Source: Schmidtea polychroa
Taxonomy: Eukaryota
DNA length: 64,000 nt
Direction: 5' to 3'
Assembly: GCA_044892525.1 (NCBI GenBank)
Contig: CM097887.1
Location: 39,246,001-39,310,000 of the forward strand
Below the pieces are notes generated by a model. The model did not search any database. It saw nothing but the letters and a program-made list of their open reading frames with translations, and was not told the origin of the DNA. Both the position numbers and the translations under genes were made by a program. Below are positions 26,401-38,681 of this stretch, one piece after another. Position 1 is the first letter of the stretch. Every line of letters begins with the position of its first letter.

Positions 26401-29400
26401 CTGGGCCAGGATTCACTAATGCTTTCAGGAAATCTATAATTATCATTTGATATATTTTTATTCAAAACAATTATGCAATCATTTTAAAAGATTTATAATA
26501 AATATTCATTTTTATATTAAATACTAAAATAAAAATTAACAATTTTAATATTAAAAATTAAGACTAATAATATTAATTAATTATAATAAATTATAATTTT
26601 AATATAAAAAATAATAATAAATTTAATAAAAAAAATATTCATTTTTATAATGACTATAAATACTAAAACAATAATAATTAATTTAAATATTAAAAATAAA
26701 TAATAATAATATTAATTAATTATAATAAATTATAATTTTAATATAATAAAAAATATTCATTTTTATAATGATTATAAATACTAAAACAATAATAATTAAC
26801 AATTTAAATATTAAAAATAAATAATAATATTATATATTAATCCTGTTTTCAATGATAAAAATATGATTATAATAAATATAAATATAAAAGTAATAATTAT
26901 AAATATGATAAAAATTAATATTCATTTTTGTAACGATTGTAATATAACTAATAATTAACAATTAAAATAATGATAAAATATAATTAAGAAAAAAACTATT
27001 TAAATAAAAATAAATATTGATTTTTCTAGTAAATACTAAAATAACAATTAACAATTTTAATATTAAAAATAAATAATAATAATATCAATTAATTATAATA
27101 AATTATAATTTTTTAATATAAAAAATTATAATGATTCTAATACTAAAACAATAAAAATTAACAATTTAAATATTATATAATGATAAAAATTAATATTTTA
27201 TTTTATAGCGATTGTATTATAAATAATAATTAAAATAATGATAAAATATAATTAAGAAAAAATGACTATTTTAAAAATGAAAAATGATTATAATAAAAAA
27301 ACAATATTTTAAATAATAATAAATATTAATAATAATGAAATTAAATAATGATAATAATTAATTATAATAATATAACTATAATAATTAAAAATTTAAATAA
27401 TAAATATTAATGATGAAATTATTTAATAATGAAATAACAATAATACTAATGCACTAAAGTTTTTATTAAATCGGTTTATATATATTTAATATATACTAGT
27501 GGATAAATATAACATACATTAAATTGAATTAAGTTCTGTTACTAATGGTAATTTGTCGAATGATATTGCAAGAAAAAGCTTAGATAAATTGTTTAATATG
27601 AAAGAGTGCGAAAGGAAAACATCATCATTTGTTGAATGGGTAATCAAAAAGGGTTACAAGTAACTCAGAGAATGTTGATGAAGGTAAGCAGATTGCTAGA
27701 TGATTTCAGCCACATCGGGATACATATTGGGATTAGTAGGAAGTAAACAGATATCATCAACAGTTATCCAATTTAAAAAGCAATGTAGCTGGGATAAATG
27801 GGTAACAAAGTTGACGATGTGAGCTAGCCAGTTTAAATGATAGGCATTCAAGGTTTCCACGGAAATATGAAAACAGTTTGGTAAATTCAATATTATTTCA
27901 TAATTCACTATCGATTTGTATGTTTTAATCATAATCCGTTTACCTTGATAAATTCCATCCCGTTTCTCTTCCAAATCGATATCAATGCAGATCTTTTTCT
28001 TAGCCTGACTGACGCCGGCTTCTTTTCGCTTCGGCTTAACGATTTTGTTCTGCCTATACGTGACGAGCAATCGGAACATTTCGTACCCTATCAGAAGCAC
28101 TCCGCCTTGCTCCATCCATTGCTTGATGACGGCATGCCGAGATTCGATCGTTTTATTTGTGTCACGAATCACAAACAGTCCAAACGATCTCAATGATCCA
28201 GTTGTCGGCTCGTCTTTGATGTTGTCTTTACAATCGGCATTCAACGGCAACCAGAAATCAATTTCCGATTGCCAATTCTGTGATAACAAAGGAAAAAACG
28301 AATCATCAATAAATTCCCAACCGAATTATTCAATTACTTGAAGTGTGTTGATAGGAACAATGACGAGCGCCGACTTCGCATTGACGCATCGAAATAGGAT
28401 ATCGAGAAACCCAATTATCTGAATCGTTTTACCTAATCCCATACTGTGAGCGAGAATGCAACCGAATCCATCGGCTTCTTTGAATTGTTTTTTCGATTCG
28501 ACGAGATTGTCATAAAGAAACCGAATCCCGCTTACTTGATGAGGTTTAATGTTGGCATTGATTTTCGGGGATAGAAAATAATCTTCCTCATCACTGAGAT
28601 GGGATTTATTAATGAGAATTCTGCCATATTCATCACGTTGGACATTCATCGTGTCCAGTTTCTCCTGATCAATAATGTCTTCTTTTTCATCGTCTTCATC
28701 TTCACCATCACTTATTTCAATAATTTCAGTTTTTTCAACCATTTTTGGCTAGTTATCAATTTAAAATTATAAAAAAACAAATTGATCGTTACTTCATGTT
28801 CATCATCGCTGTCATCAACATAAATCACGCAATCATCATTAACTACTCTGTATTGTTTGTTAATACTATTATTATATTTTTTATATCCTGGACCTTTGAA
28901 AGAAAATTAAAAATATTTCTAATTAATAATTCAAACCTTGGATAAGCGCAGACGCAGGAGGTAAACGAGATGGAGCAAGTTTTACGTAATTATTGTGAAT
29001 AAATTTATTAAAAGTTTCAGGTGTAAAGGTTGAATTTTTGGATAACTTATGAAAATCTAAATTAGATTATCACCAAACAATACTAAATTTTAAGATATTA
29101 ACCGTCAGAAAGTAGTGATTGCAAACGAATGTTTTGTTCTTTTTCTTGCACCCGTTTTAATCGCTCAAACTCAGCTTTTTGTGCTTCTTTTGCATCTTTG
29201 CCAAATTTTTCATCATCAATTATGTAACTAAAATTTAGTCAAGAGAATAGAATCTACATCTACATTTAATACCGTATATTTTTACGCTCAAATGTTTGCT
29301 TCCGCTTATTAGGTTTTTTATTTTCTAACTGTTTTTCATCAAGCTTATCTTCATTATTGATTTCAGATTGAGAAGCAGGGCTTTCAGAATCATTTTCATT

Positions 29401-29430
29401 AGTAATTAATCCATTATTTTCAATCATCAT
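7375..29430 (-). CDS. RAD54L2: SNF2-family helicase ARIP4 / RAD54-like 2, 15 exons, ~1517 aa
   Basis: Exons (minus): 29430-29273, 29227-29103, 29056-28937, 28893-28793, 28748-28338, 28277-27944, 26433-26319, 24404-23999, 20361-19728, 17335-17239, 17188-17005, 16954-16554, 12577-12294, 12192-12043, 8408-7375. All GT-AG and phase-consistent (4554 nt). Motifs: [111 protein letters not shown], plus the ARIP4-like [17 protein letters not shown]. Confidence 0.93.
10818..10952. mobile_element. Palindromic MITE-like element, internally degraded copy
   Basis: Arms GAGTTTGAAG.CTATAAATCAGTAAT... / ...ATTACTGATTTATAGTCTTCAAGCTC; same family as 63840-64000. Confidence 0.75.
11055..11305. mobile_element. 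hAT (Charlie-like) MITE
   Basis: Ends CAGTGGTGGCCA / TGGCCATGGCTG; perfect 8-bp TSD GACTAGTG with the central CTAG typical of Charlie-like targets. Confidence 0.88.
12043..12192 (-). CDS. RAD54L2: RAD54L2 exon 14 (not in the ORF track)
   Basis: AG..GT, open frame [12 protein letters not shown]...[10 protein letters not shown], phase 1/1. Confidence 0.6.
12294..12577 (-). CDS. RAD54L2: RAD54L2 exon 13
   Basis: Phase 2/1 junctions fit the neighbours; contains a KKPKL basic motif. Confidence 0.7.
13977..16176 (+). mobile_element. hAT DNA transposon (Hermes/hobo-like), degenerate, antisense in RAD54L2 intron 12
   Basis: TIRs CAGAGGTCGAAA / TTTGCGACCACTG; perfect 8-bp TSD GTCAATAT (13969-13976, 16177-16184). 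Confidence 0.92.
14225..15996 (+). pseudogene. hAT transposase, frameshifted
   Basis: BED finger (CNYC...KHAKSC), CSD, CADH (CxxH), RWNS, and dimerisation domain (DWWK...[18 protein letters not shown]) across 5-6 ORF pieces. Confidence 0.9.
16554..17335 (-). CDS. RAD54L2: RAD54L2 exons 10-12 (HELICc domain)
   Basis: [54 protein letters not shown]; two 50-bp introns. Confidence 0.93.
18500..19670. repeat. Extremely AT-rich intronic low-complexity region with block duplications
   Basis: Block AAAAATGCTTCAATAAAATATTTTGCAATACCAGTTT.AATAAATTT recurs near 18570, 18880 and 19153. Confidence 0.7.
19728..20361 (-). CDS. RAD54L2: RAD54L2 exon 9
   Basis: IWNHPDILF ... [10 protein letters not shown]...[18 protein letters not shown]. 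Confidence 0.93.
20774..21070 (-). repeat. Local duplication of the exon-9 acceptor region including the first 10 codons ([10 protein letters not shown])
   Basis: 20774-21070 resembles 20335-20540. AG at 20805-20804, then ATA TGG AAT CAT CCA GAT ATC TTA TTT CCG|GTTTGA. Confidence 0.8.
21875..22010. repeat. Minisatellite-like tandem (ATATGGATTAATTTATTTGAAATATTGATTAATTTAATTG)n
   Basis: Two ~40-bp copies plus degenerate partial copies. Confidence 0.7.
22091..22460. mobile_element. hAT MITE
   Basis: TIR CAGTGTTTCC / GGAAACACTG; TSD CTCTAATG vs CTCAAATG (7/8). Confidence 0.82.
22578..23700. repeat. Dispersed tandem ~110-130-bp units
   Basis: AAC(A/G)AGTGTGAAAGATAGCA-type motif at 22578, 22708, 22920, 23028 and 23602, usually followed by ATTAACACAAACT..CAG; interrupted by an unrelated ~330-bp insert. 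Confidence 0.7.
23999..24404 (-). CDS. RAD54L2: RAD54L2 exon 8
   Basis: [31 protein letters not shown]...FVQRR. Confidence 0.94.
26319..26433 (-). CDS. RAD54L2: RAD54L2 exon 7 (Walker B DEGH)
   Basis: [38 protein letters not shown]. Confidence 0.94.
26460..27460. repeat. AT-rich low-complexity intron segment with internal duplications
   Basis: Almost no G or C; repeated AATACTAAAACAATAATAATTAA-type blocks. Confidence 0.7.
27560..27900 (-). pseudogene. Possible degraded LINE apurinic-endonuclease fragment
   Basis: ...[10 protein letters not shown]...DDICLL... resembles the GDFNAHHxxW...DLCLLN motif order; contains stops. Confidence 0.35.
27944..28748 (-). CDS. RAD54L2: RAD54L2 exons 5-6 (SNF2_N, Walker A)
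   Basis: [19 protein letters not shown]...[17 protein letters not shown]...VIVPINTLQ|NWQSEIDFW...[14 protein letters not shown]; 60-bp intron. Confidence 0.95.
28793..29430 (-). CDS. RAD54L2: RAD54L2 exons 1-4
   Basis: ATG at 29430; RKNIR-YII...[11 protein letters not shown]; introns of 45, 46, 43 and 44 bp; phases sum to 0. Confidence 0.8.
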
Positions 29431-30794
29431 TTTAGATATTCAAAAATTGTAATTATCTGTAAGTGTAAAATTGTAACATATTTTATTTAACGTCAAAAAT
29501 TTTAATTTAATTTTTCATAAGGAAATTATTAGTTAAAAATTATTATTTCCAACTTTAAAAGTTTAAAAATAAAATATTATTTATATGACATTTTGAATAT
29601 TGGATATTTAAACAAATTAGTTTCGAACAAGTAAAAGTATTTCCAATTATAAAATCATTTTTCATCATGTTTATTATTTATTAACAGAGAAATTTGTTCG
29701 TAAGATTTATTATTCAATAATTCACCTGTAGAAAAAGTTTTCAGTTAAATTACTTCAAATTATATTGTAGTATTGAAATTATTTTTTTTTGAAATAATAT
29801 AGCTACAAATAGTTTAAACTATAAATTAAAATTTACTAAATTTTTGAACATAAAATATCTTATCTAGTTAAAACTTTTTAAGGTTTTCTTGGTATTTTAG
29901 TTTATAATTATTTATCTTTTCTTTCTAAAAGAAAAAACCCTTTGTCAAATTATAATTCATTTGAAAAGGCTATAACTTTGATTTTTTCCATTGAGTGTTA
30001 TCTTTAAATAAAATAATTTCAGCAAAAATGTTTTCGCAAAGTATTCAAAGTTCTATTTAAGGATGCCTATGAAAAAGTTTTGCGTAAACACTAATTTCAC
30101 AATCGTACCTCCAAAATATCAACATGTCAACCCTTTTTTACTGTACATTGCAAATATTCTTGATTTCACCAACCAATAGCAAAGGTCCAAATAAACATTA
30201 TGTCCACCCAAAAATTGACTATATCTAAATTTTATTTAACACATTTAATCTAAAATTCTCTCAGTATTCAATTATAGGCAATATTCAATACATCGCTACA
30301 TAAAAGTTACAACATGCACTCTGTCCAAATATTTGGATTTCTTTATTATTACTTTTTTGTTTCTACTTCTCTTAACAAGGCTTAGCTTTGTTGATATTAT
30401 TGATTTCGTCGGACGTAAGTGCATTTTCTGTGGTGCGATCAACAAATACTTCGATTTAACAAAAAATAATCACTTAGTTATATAAATATTGCAGGCGATT
30501 ATACTTAAATATGCATAGGTGTTGAAAAGTGTTTATGGTTTTCTATGCTATTTTATTTGGAAAAGATTTTATCCTACTCCATTATTGTGAGGGGAAATGT
30601 CAGATAATGTTGAACTTTGAATCGTTATAAAATTTCAACTTTTGAAAGAATTATTAGCCGAGAAATTATTGCACAAATGTTTATTATGTTTACAATATTG
30701 CTAGTAAAACAACCATTTTAACTGGATTTTAAAAGAGGACGCGCTAGTCTTTTTGATTTAGAAAAACCTGGCATCTAAACATCTCTAAAGGTAT

Positions 30795-31015
30795 CCAGCT
30801 TTACTTACTGGATAAAATGGGCATCAAAAATCCGTGTTCACAATTTGTGCCACGATTTCTGTAACAAAGGCGATTTTGGAGATGTCAGAAAAATTTGAAA
30901 GTATTTGAAAAATTTAGGGATGGCTTTCTGAAACACATAATCACAGAAGATGAGACACTTCTACCCTATACATACCTTAAACTAAGGGTGAATCTACCGA
31001 ATGGAGGAAAATGAG
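30795..31015 (+). pseudogene. Mariner transposase fragment
   Basis: KMGIKNPCSQFVPRFL...FLKHIITEDET resembles LGMRKVCARWVPRLL...FLxxIVTGDETW. Confidence 0.65.
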
Positions 31016-31232
31016 AACTGGCACGTCTGACAAGAAATATTTGCTGTTCATTATCGTTTTGACACATGAAAGGCATCCTCAAAATAAATTTCATTGTGTC
31101 AGATGTCAAAATCCACAACAATTATTATGTACAACTGGTAAAGGAAGCAAGAAGAAAAATGATAAAGTGGAAATAATGAACAATGACTTTTGTATAACAG
31201 TATTTCAATATATTTGTTATTATTGGAAGAAA

Positions 31233-31324
31233 TAGGGTTGTCACATCAGGTCGGGGTCTCACCCGGATACAATAACCCGGAGCCTGGAGAAAACTCACTG
31301 AGACCCGGAGAAGTGGCAACCATA
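31233..31324. mobile_element. Very short hAT-like element or paired ends (TAGGGTTG(T/C)CA-type)
   Basis: TAGGGTTGTCA ... TGGCAACCATA; no TSD found. Confidence 0.4.
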
Positions 31325-32439
31325 GTCTTAACACTATAATTAATAGAATAGAAGTTCTATTAGCCTATTAAAATCAGCATCAATTTAATTAAGTATATCT
31401 TACCTAATTTAATCAATATATCTTACCATTTATCATCAATCAACACGGAACACAGATTATCAAACTTGACTAGACTATCATCAATGTAGCACTGACTGAG
31501 CACACACAAAAGAGATTCTCTATTTACGTTCTTTCGCGTGGCATGCTAATATGAACAGTGCAATCGAATGTATGCATCGATCGTCTCCGTAGTAGCGATA
31601 TTTTGGCGCGAAAGAGTGTTAGTTGTAACTGCTGCCGCGAGATGAAGTTGACATAATTTTGTGCATATACAATTTTACTCACGTCGTCGGGAGAAATAAA
31701 TGTAAAACACGGAGCCCAGAGATAACTCACTGAAACCTAAAGTGCCAGGAAGAGTGAAAAGTGAAAAAAAACAAGAAAAAAAATAGATTAAGTAATTAAT
31801 TAATTAGCAAGAAGAAAGAAACCCGGAGTTGGGTAAACAATGAGAAAAATAAACAGAAGGAAATTTTATGTCCATTATCGTGTCACTATGATTAATGGGA
31901 AAAGACCAAGAGAAGATAATGCTGACAGAGAAGCCCCGGCGGGCTATTAATTATTTTTGTTCGTTGGACCATTCCGGGTGACAGCGGAAGCAGGGATGTG
32001 GAGCCAAATGTCAGGAGAGAGGTTGGTTCGGCAATAACCATTTGTCATCCCCATTTGGAAGAATATAAAATGAAGGGGAAATCTGCCATTAGCCCCAGAT
32101 AGGTATTTTAAGAAGAAATTTGAGAAAAGGCGGAAGTTATTCCAAGCGAAGTGAAATTCATTGGTAGGATCAATATAGAGGATCGGTCAAACTCATAAAA
32201 TTTTGTTCATTGATTATTTTATGTTGAGAGAGATATTTTTTATGATTCAATATACGGTGGGTAGTTTGTTGTTTCGTTATTTTCAATTAAAGGGATACGT
32301 AAAGTCAGACAGTACCGACTCAAATTAATAAAACCCAACAATACTATATATTGATTTTTCCCAATTTATAGAAACATTTCGTTTTTTTAGGCGTAGTAGA
32401 GTCTCATTTCTTAGTGCCAGAGGTTTGACATCATTTGTA

Positions 32440-33330
32440 AATACCAAAATATCATTCTGGTATCCAATAAAGCTCTAATCCATAGCAAACATTTTCCGTT
32501 ATTCTATCGAATATTGATGAGGCAGTTTTAACACAAAATGATCATCAATTGTTAACAAAATGACTTGCTCCTTTCAATTTGGATTCAAGCGGATGATAAG
32601 TGTCATTTTTGAGAAATCGATGGATTGTGACTTTGAAATCACAACACAACCTTATAGAGCCTTCTGACTTTCTGACACATTCAAAGGGTAAAGATCATTC
32701 AGTACCACCATCGGAAACCTCTGAAGTTACTTCATATCAATCCTATTTTTGTAATTCAACTTCCCCTTGTTCCTTTAGTAGAATTGGAACTTCTATAACA
32801 TTGCCGAAAATTGGTTTAACATCTGGAAATAGTGATGATAATGCGTTTGTGTATACTGCCCTGTGGGTATACTCAATATTTACATGGTGAATACGAGTCA
32901 TTAAATGTCTCTTCTAAGTAATCTAAAGAGTTTATCGAATTCCACCATTCGCATTTGTTGAATTTTATAACGATTTCCATAGTTAAGCAGTAAAGGAAAA
33001 GTTCCATTAATTTTAAGAGCATTACCGTTTTCTTTTATCCTTCATTAATAATTTGGGACAGTTTAATCAATACCCCATCTTTATGGAAATAATAGTGCAT
33101 GAAGCACTGGTATCTTCTTGCATTAATACATTGAGCTCCCTTCTAACTAAACATAATTCTGTTACAGGTTCTTCAAGTTTAATTTTCATCATGAAATTGT
33201 TTAGCACAGCATTGATGAGTTTTCAACAAGGTTTTAATTATTTGATGATTTCTTCATTTATATTCCTGAATGGCCATATTACACCTAATTCCGAAATATA
33301 AAAGTTTCCATGTGTACACCAATTGAGGTG
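32440..33330 (-). pseudogene. Degraded Ty3/Gypsy protease-RT remnant
   Basis: VLMQEDTSASCTII (DTGAS-like), FPDVKPIF, VRKSEGSIRLCCDFKVT...DTYPL, SIFDRITEN; many stops. Confidence 0.7.
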
Positions 33331-33689
33331 ACTTGCTATTTATGAGAAAATAAAGTTTGTAACTTCACTTATTCAATTTTATAAATGGTTTTTAAGTAAG
33401 TTTTTTAATTTAAAATAAATTTTAAGGCTTGAATTTTGATTTTATATAATTATGAGATCATTATTCAAGCTCTTAAATATTACTTTTAGTCAATATTTGC
33501 ATTATAAATTATTTTTATTGGATTAATTACTTATTATTAATTATTTTCTTAATTAATTTTCAGGTTTTTTTTAGGATTTTTATGAAATTCTATGAAATTA
33601 TTTTTAGAATTATTTGGAATTATTTCGATATATTTTTAACTAAAAATAAATAAAGTAATCATCAAACACAATTCTCATTTCTTTCAAAG

Positions 33690-33925
33690 ATGCATAGAAA
33701 TTGGATTCTACGACATCCAACAAATTATTTCCTTGTTCTTCTGAAATAATTTGTTTACTGCTATCACTTTTCCCTTTGCAAATTTCTCCATATTTTTTAC
33801 ATCTGTAAATTATTGTTCCAATCGATTTTTTGGTGATTCCAAGTAATCTTCAAAATTCTTCGTAATTTTTAACATTTTCCAAGGCATTAATTAGTCGAAT
33901 TTTGTCATGTTCTGTAATTCTATGA
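33690..33925 (-). pseudogene. Tc1/IS630-like transposase N-terminal HTH fragment
   Basis: RITEHDKIRLINA...RLLGITKKSIGTIIYRCKKYGEI...NFYASLKEM. Confidence 0.5.
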
Positions 33926-34329
33926 AAATATTATTTTTTTTAAATAATGTAATAAAATTTACGATTTTCGAATTTTTTTCTGCAAATCAAATGATGTCGA
34001 AGAAAATTGATCAATATTTGAAATTTTAGGAAATCAGTTGACATAATTGTAATCAATGCTCAAATTTCACATGTTGCGATTGTAAGGAGTTAGTAAACCT
34101 CTATATGAAATTATTATGGTTAAATGGTAGAAATGAGATCAGTTAGTAGAAATAATTATTTCTGTTTAATTTTTATATTTAAATTCTATATTAAATTATA
34201 TCATATTATATTAAATTATGTTAAATTAAATCAATTAAATGTATGACCAGTAATTACATTAATATTAATAATTATCACGCCTCGGTGTTTAAATACGCTA
34301 GTAAACGGCACAATTTTGATGTTGTTATA

Positions 34330-34990
34330 AAAATAAATGCTTGAAGAAGATTTGAATTTAATTGCGTCTAACAGCGATAAACTTATCTGTTATTTCTTTT
34401 TGAGCAGTGTTGTCCTCCCAAATTTTAGAGATTCTTGAGCCTTGAATGAAAATATCTTAATGGTAACATATTCTGCTTTTGATAGGTTCAGTATTGGTGA
34501 TTGCGATGGCATAATTATAACCTCTGTTGAAACTTAATATAAAAAACAAATCTGCGCTCTCTGATGAAAATCAAGTAATTATTCTTTGAACATGAATTGT
34601 CATTAGAATGGCCCTCAGAGGGAAATTGATGTCAATTGTACATAGTTCACAACTACTAAATTATTATTGAAGTGAAATGTATGGTGGCCTAGTATGGATA
34701 AATATGTGGGACTTATAAGTAAAAATTGAAATGATTGTAAAATAAAGTCCAAAGCTAAAAGTGTAAGATATTTACGAGAACTGGCTGAAAAACTATTTGA
34801 GAGCATTTATTGGGACTGGGCATTTGTGCCTAATATTACAATATGCACTTATATTAGTTGATGCAATGACATAGTGACTAGAAGCCCCGGTGTCCAAAAA
34901 TCTATTGTCAGTAACAGTGAAAATGGATCTTGAAGAGGGTATCTTGTATTTTGTTTTATTATTCAAATATTGTTTGGGTATGACCATTTC
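34330..34990 (-). pseudogene. Degraded LTR-retrotransposon protease region
   Basis: FLDTGASSHYV, then AIAITNTEPIKSR, which resembles the pre-RT HxIxxxDxxPIK motif. Confidence 0.45.
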
Positions 34991-35827
34991 TTTTAATCAA
35001 GAATTATAATAATAGTCATTGTCAGTAAAATAACTTTACAATTTTTCATCATCGATTTTATTTGCATTTACTTTACCTACATTTATTTGTTTATATATTT
35101 GATCAATATTTTGTTTTATATTTAACACAAATTTTAAACAATGACTTTTTCACATTAATCTAATTCTACAGAATAGACAAATTATTAAATGATTAAAAAA
35201 ATAATAGAATTCAATGAAATGACACAAATTTGATAAACTATATTAAAAATTGAACTATGTATTTAATTTATATTATCCATAAATTTCTGTTACTCTAACA
35301 ATGTGATAAATCTTAAAAGAAAGCATCCATCCTTTGGGAAATAGTCTTGAGGATCATGTCGTGACTGGTTCTTAAATTGACACTGTGCGTTAAATCCATC
35401 CATTTGACGGTTTCTGGCGAATTTATTTCAGTAAAAATCTAAAGAAAATTATTTTGCAATTAGTTTTCAAATAAATAGAAATTGAATAATTTCAATTTCT
35501 CATTGCATGAAAAGGGTATTATTATGTCGTTCACAAAAATCTTTGTAAGTATGTTTTTCGCAATTAAGGCCCATGATAAAGTTTCACAATTCTTTAGCAT
35601 TCTAGTGCTGTAACCTCTTGACACATTTTTTACAAAATTTCAATTGCAACCCATAGGTTAAAAATTTATTGAAATCGCTGATAAATACAAAATTTTTAAA
35701 ATTAATTAAAACAGATTAATTATTCTTATCAGCTTTGTAACTGGAAAGGTGTAACAGGTGTAAATGACAAGGTCCAGAGACGGCATTGAAATAGAATTGT
35801 AAATTGAATTTTTCTTACATTATAACC

Positions 35828-36450
35828 TAAGGTGACCAGATTTTAAGATGGGCAAAGCGGGGCAACTTTGATGGAGGGGGGTATCAACAAAAATTTCCCA
35901 TATAGAATAAAAATTATATGGTAATATTTTTTGATTTTTTACATGAGTACAATTTATAAATATAAAAATTGTATAATATTTTATAATATTTTATAATATT
36001 TTATTCCTTGACATATTTTTTATTTGAGCGAATTTGTTTCACTAGATTGTTGTCATTTTTTAAAATATTGTAAAATCTTCACAAGAATTTGTCAAATTAT
36101 ATTTGAAACTTAAAATTTTATATTTATGAAAATCATTGTTTTGCATTCTAAGAATCCTACGGACTACTAAGACCAACATATTGCTTTTCTTACCCAGTTA
36201 CATTGTATTTGTTTCTCAGATGATACACTTCGTGTTTGTACTGCGTGCTAGGAAGCTAATTAAACAAATAAATATTACAATTTGTAGTCTGTAGTCCGTA
36301 GGATTCTTAGAATGCAAAACAATGATTTTCATAAATATAAAATTTAATTTAATTCTAAAAGTCGGGACTTTTGAAAAATGTTGTGGCACGCGGGATAAAT
36401 CGTGAAAAATCGGGACTGTCCAGCCAAAAGCGGGACGTCTGGTCACGTTA
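35828..36450. mobile_element. hAT-type MITE (long form of the 5994-6239 family)
   Basis: TIR TAAGGTGACCAGA / TCTGGTCACGTTA; TSD TTATAACC vs TTATAACT; shares both ends with 5994-6239; contains an internal 55-bp perfect inverted repeat. Confidence 0.88.
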
Positions 36451-38068
36451 TTATAACTTATAGAGACAAAAAGAAAATAATGAAGTCAAAAAAATCCTCA
36501 CACAACCTAGTGAGTAGTAGAGAAATAACGTGTTGCTAAATTGCTTCATAGGATGTTCTCTTACAAGGAAGATTTTGTCATTATTTGCCATACATTGTCT
36601 TGTCAATATTACATCAAAAATTTGCTAAAATGAAAGCCAGTAAATTGCAATAAAATAATTAATATTAAATTATGTAATATTTTATGTTAAAAAAAATTTC
36701 TTAAAAATCTTTGTATATAATAAAATTATTAATGCACATTTTGTGAAATAATTATTTCTTTACGTCTGCTGTTGTCAGAATTTCTTGATCGTCAAAAATA
36801 TAGAAATATGGAACGACATTATGTGGACAATATTCTTAAAAGTCCTTCTACTAAAGTGTTAGAATAATAACTTTTAAATAAAATAGACAATCTAATACAT
36901 GTACAGTGTACATTGTACACCTCTTATTAGCGAATCTTCTCAATAAACGGAAGAAGAAAATTTACTGAATAACTCTTTTGAACATGCCGGAGGCATTTTG
37001 TCATCTAAAAAGTTACTGGGCTCCAGCTACCACCTGAAGGTGTACTTTTAGTGTGAACCACTAGATGTCATATCTACAAAGTATTTTAAGGAAAACCAGT
37101 TTATATTTTGTCATGAAGTTGTAGAATTTTAAATAAACGGTTGATTGCAAACATTTTTATTTTAGATACGGACAATTCAGGCTATAAAGGATTAAACTAT
37201 ACATTTAATCAAAATTTCCTTGACTTCTACGCATTAATTTACGAATTTTGCAACAATAAATTTATTTTAAAATTCTTCGAATTTCATCAAAATTTCAAAA
37301 TATTTTTTAAATTTTAATGAGAAAAACTTTTAAAAAATATGCCATTAACAAAAATTCAAACGATTCAACAAAACCAGTAGACCGCAAAGAAAAAAATGAT
37401 ACATGTTGCAAGAAATGAAAGAGCTAACTATAATCAAAGAAAACCGTGCAAGATTTAGTATCAAAATTTACCATTTGTTTCAAAAATATGTATTAGTGCA
37501 GTAATAATAAAATACGTAATATTTCCCATATAATAAATAAATGTTTTTCAATTTGTAAATAATTAATTATTAATTAAATTTCAAAATAATTTTTTATTTT
37601 AACTTTATTTTCTAAAATATTAAATAATTAATTAATAATAAAATTTCATAATTAATTATTATTAAATATTCAATATAAATGTTGATTTAAGTATCATTGT
37701 GTCAACTAATTGTCTTAAAAATTTTCAGAACCACATTAGTAATAATTAAAATATAAATTTAACATTAATAAATGAAAACCTGTCTACATTTTTATCTCTT
37801 TTATTTTTCAATTAACTTCTAAACTTAAAGACATTTTTTATAACTAATATTGAGCCGAAACATAAAATTATAATAAGATATAAACAAGCATCTTTCAATT
37901 AATGGTGAAAATTAAAACAATTTCTGAAAATGTTGATATTAAATATATTTACACAGTTTTCTAGTATTGATAGAATCCATAACACCAGCTTTATTCAAAT
38001 AACGCTTTATTTAAATGAAATAAAATTTAAATAAATCACTAATATGTTTGAGTTTTATTGTGTAATAA

Positions 38069-38299
38069 CTAGTTTTTTCTCGGGCGTCCGTGGCGTCCTT
38101 TTTTTCAAAATCCCAAGTCCTTCACGGGAATCTTATTGTATGCGTTCGAATCGGTGTGTTCGAAAACCCAAAATTGGTATGTGAATGAGTTCAGTAAAAG
38201 AATGAGTAATTAATTTTCAGTTCATAAGAATTTATTTATTACAAAATTTTTCTATACATAATAATGCGCGTGAAAATACGATTGTCGTTGAGTAAATGA
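38069..38299 (-). mobile_element. Interspersed repeat, Helitron-like 3' end (CTAG|T on minus), copy 1
   Basis: ~200 bp similar to 54718-54930; both copies end at A|CTAG on the plus strand. Confidence 0.55.
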
Positions 38300-38608
38300 C
38301 CTTGTTGAGGATTTGGCTCAATTTTGATCTTGACTTGATTTGCATTTCGAAAAATTTATTTTAAGACTTACGAAAAATTTCCCAAGAACTTCTCAAAAAT
38401 TGATTGTCTGTGCTCAAAAGAAAGGATCAAAATAAAATTAAAAATGGTAAAAAATCATCAATAGACTTAGGGTTTGAAAGAAATAAAATTTAATTTCTCT
38501 TACCGAATATATAGTGGAATCTTTTTGACAAAGAAATGTGTCGAATTTCAATAATTTCAGACTATGTAAATCAAAACTGAAAATTAAGGCAATTCTGGTC
38601 TACGTTAG

Positions 38609-38610
<2 letters not shown>

Positions 38611-38678
<68 letters not shown>
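38611..38678. repeat. (TA)34 microsatellite
   Basis: Direct count; followed by AAGGCCCAGGTCACTCACTCA, which resembles a Helitron 5' subterminus. Confidence 0.97.

Positions 38679-38681
<3 letters not shown>

Noticed and set aside
27696-27943. C-terminal part of ORF 27696-28289 as ARIP4 coding sequence
   Set aside because: Read-through past the donor at 27943 into an intronic, possibly LINE-derived remnant.
31881-32430. Solo LTR (TGTCAC start, AATAAA, candidate ACA ends at 32340 or 32430)
   Set aside because: No TSD at either candidate end and no second copy in the window.
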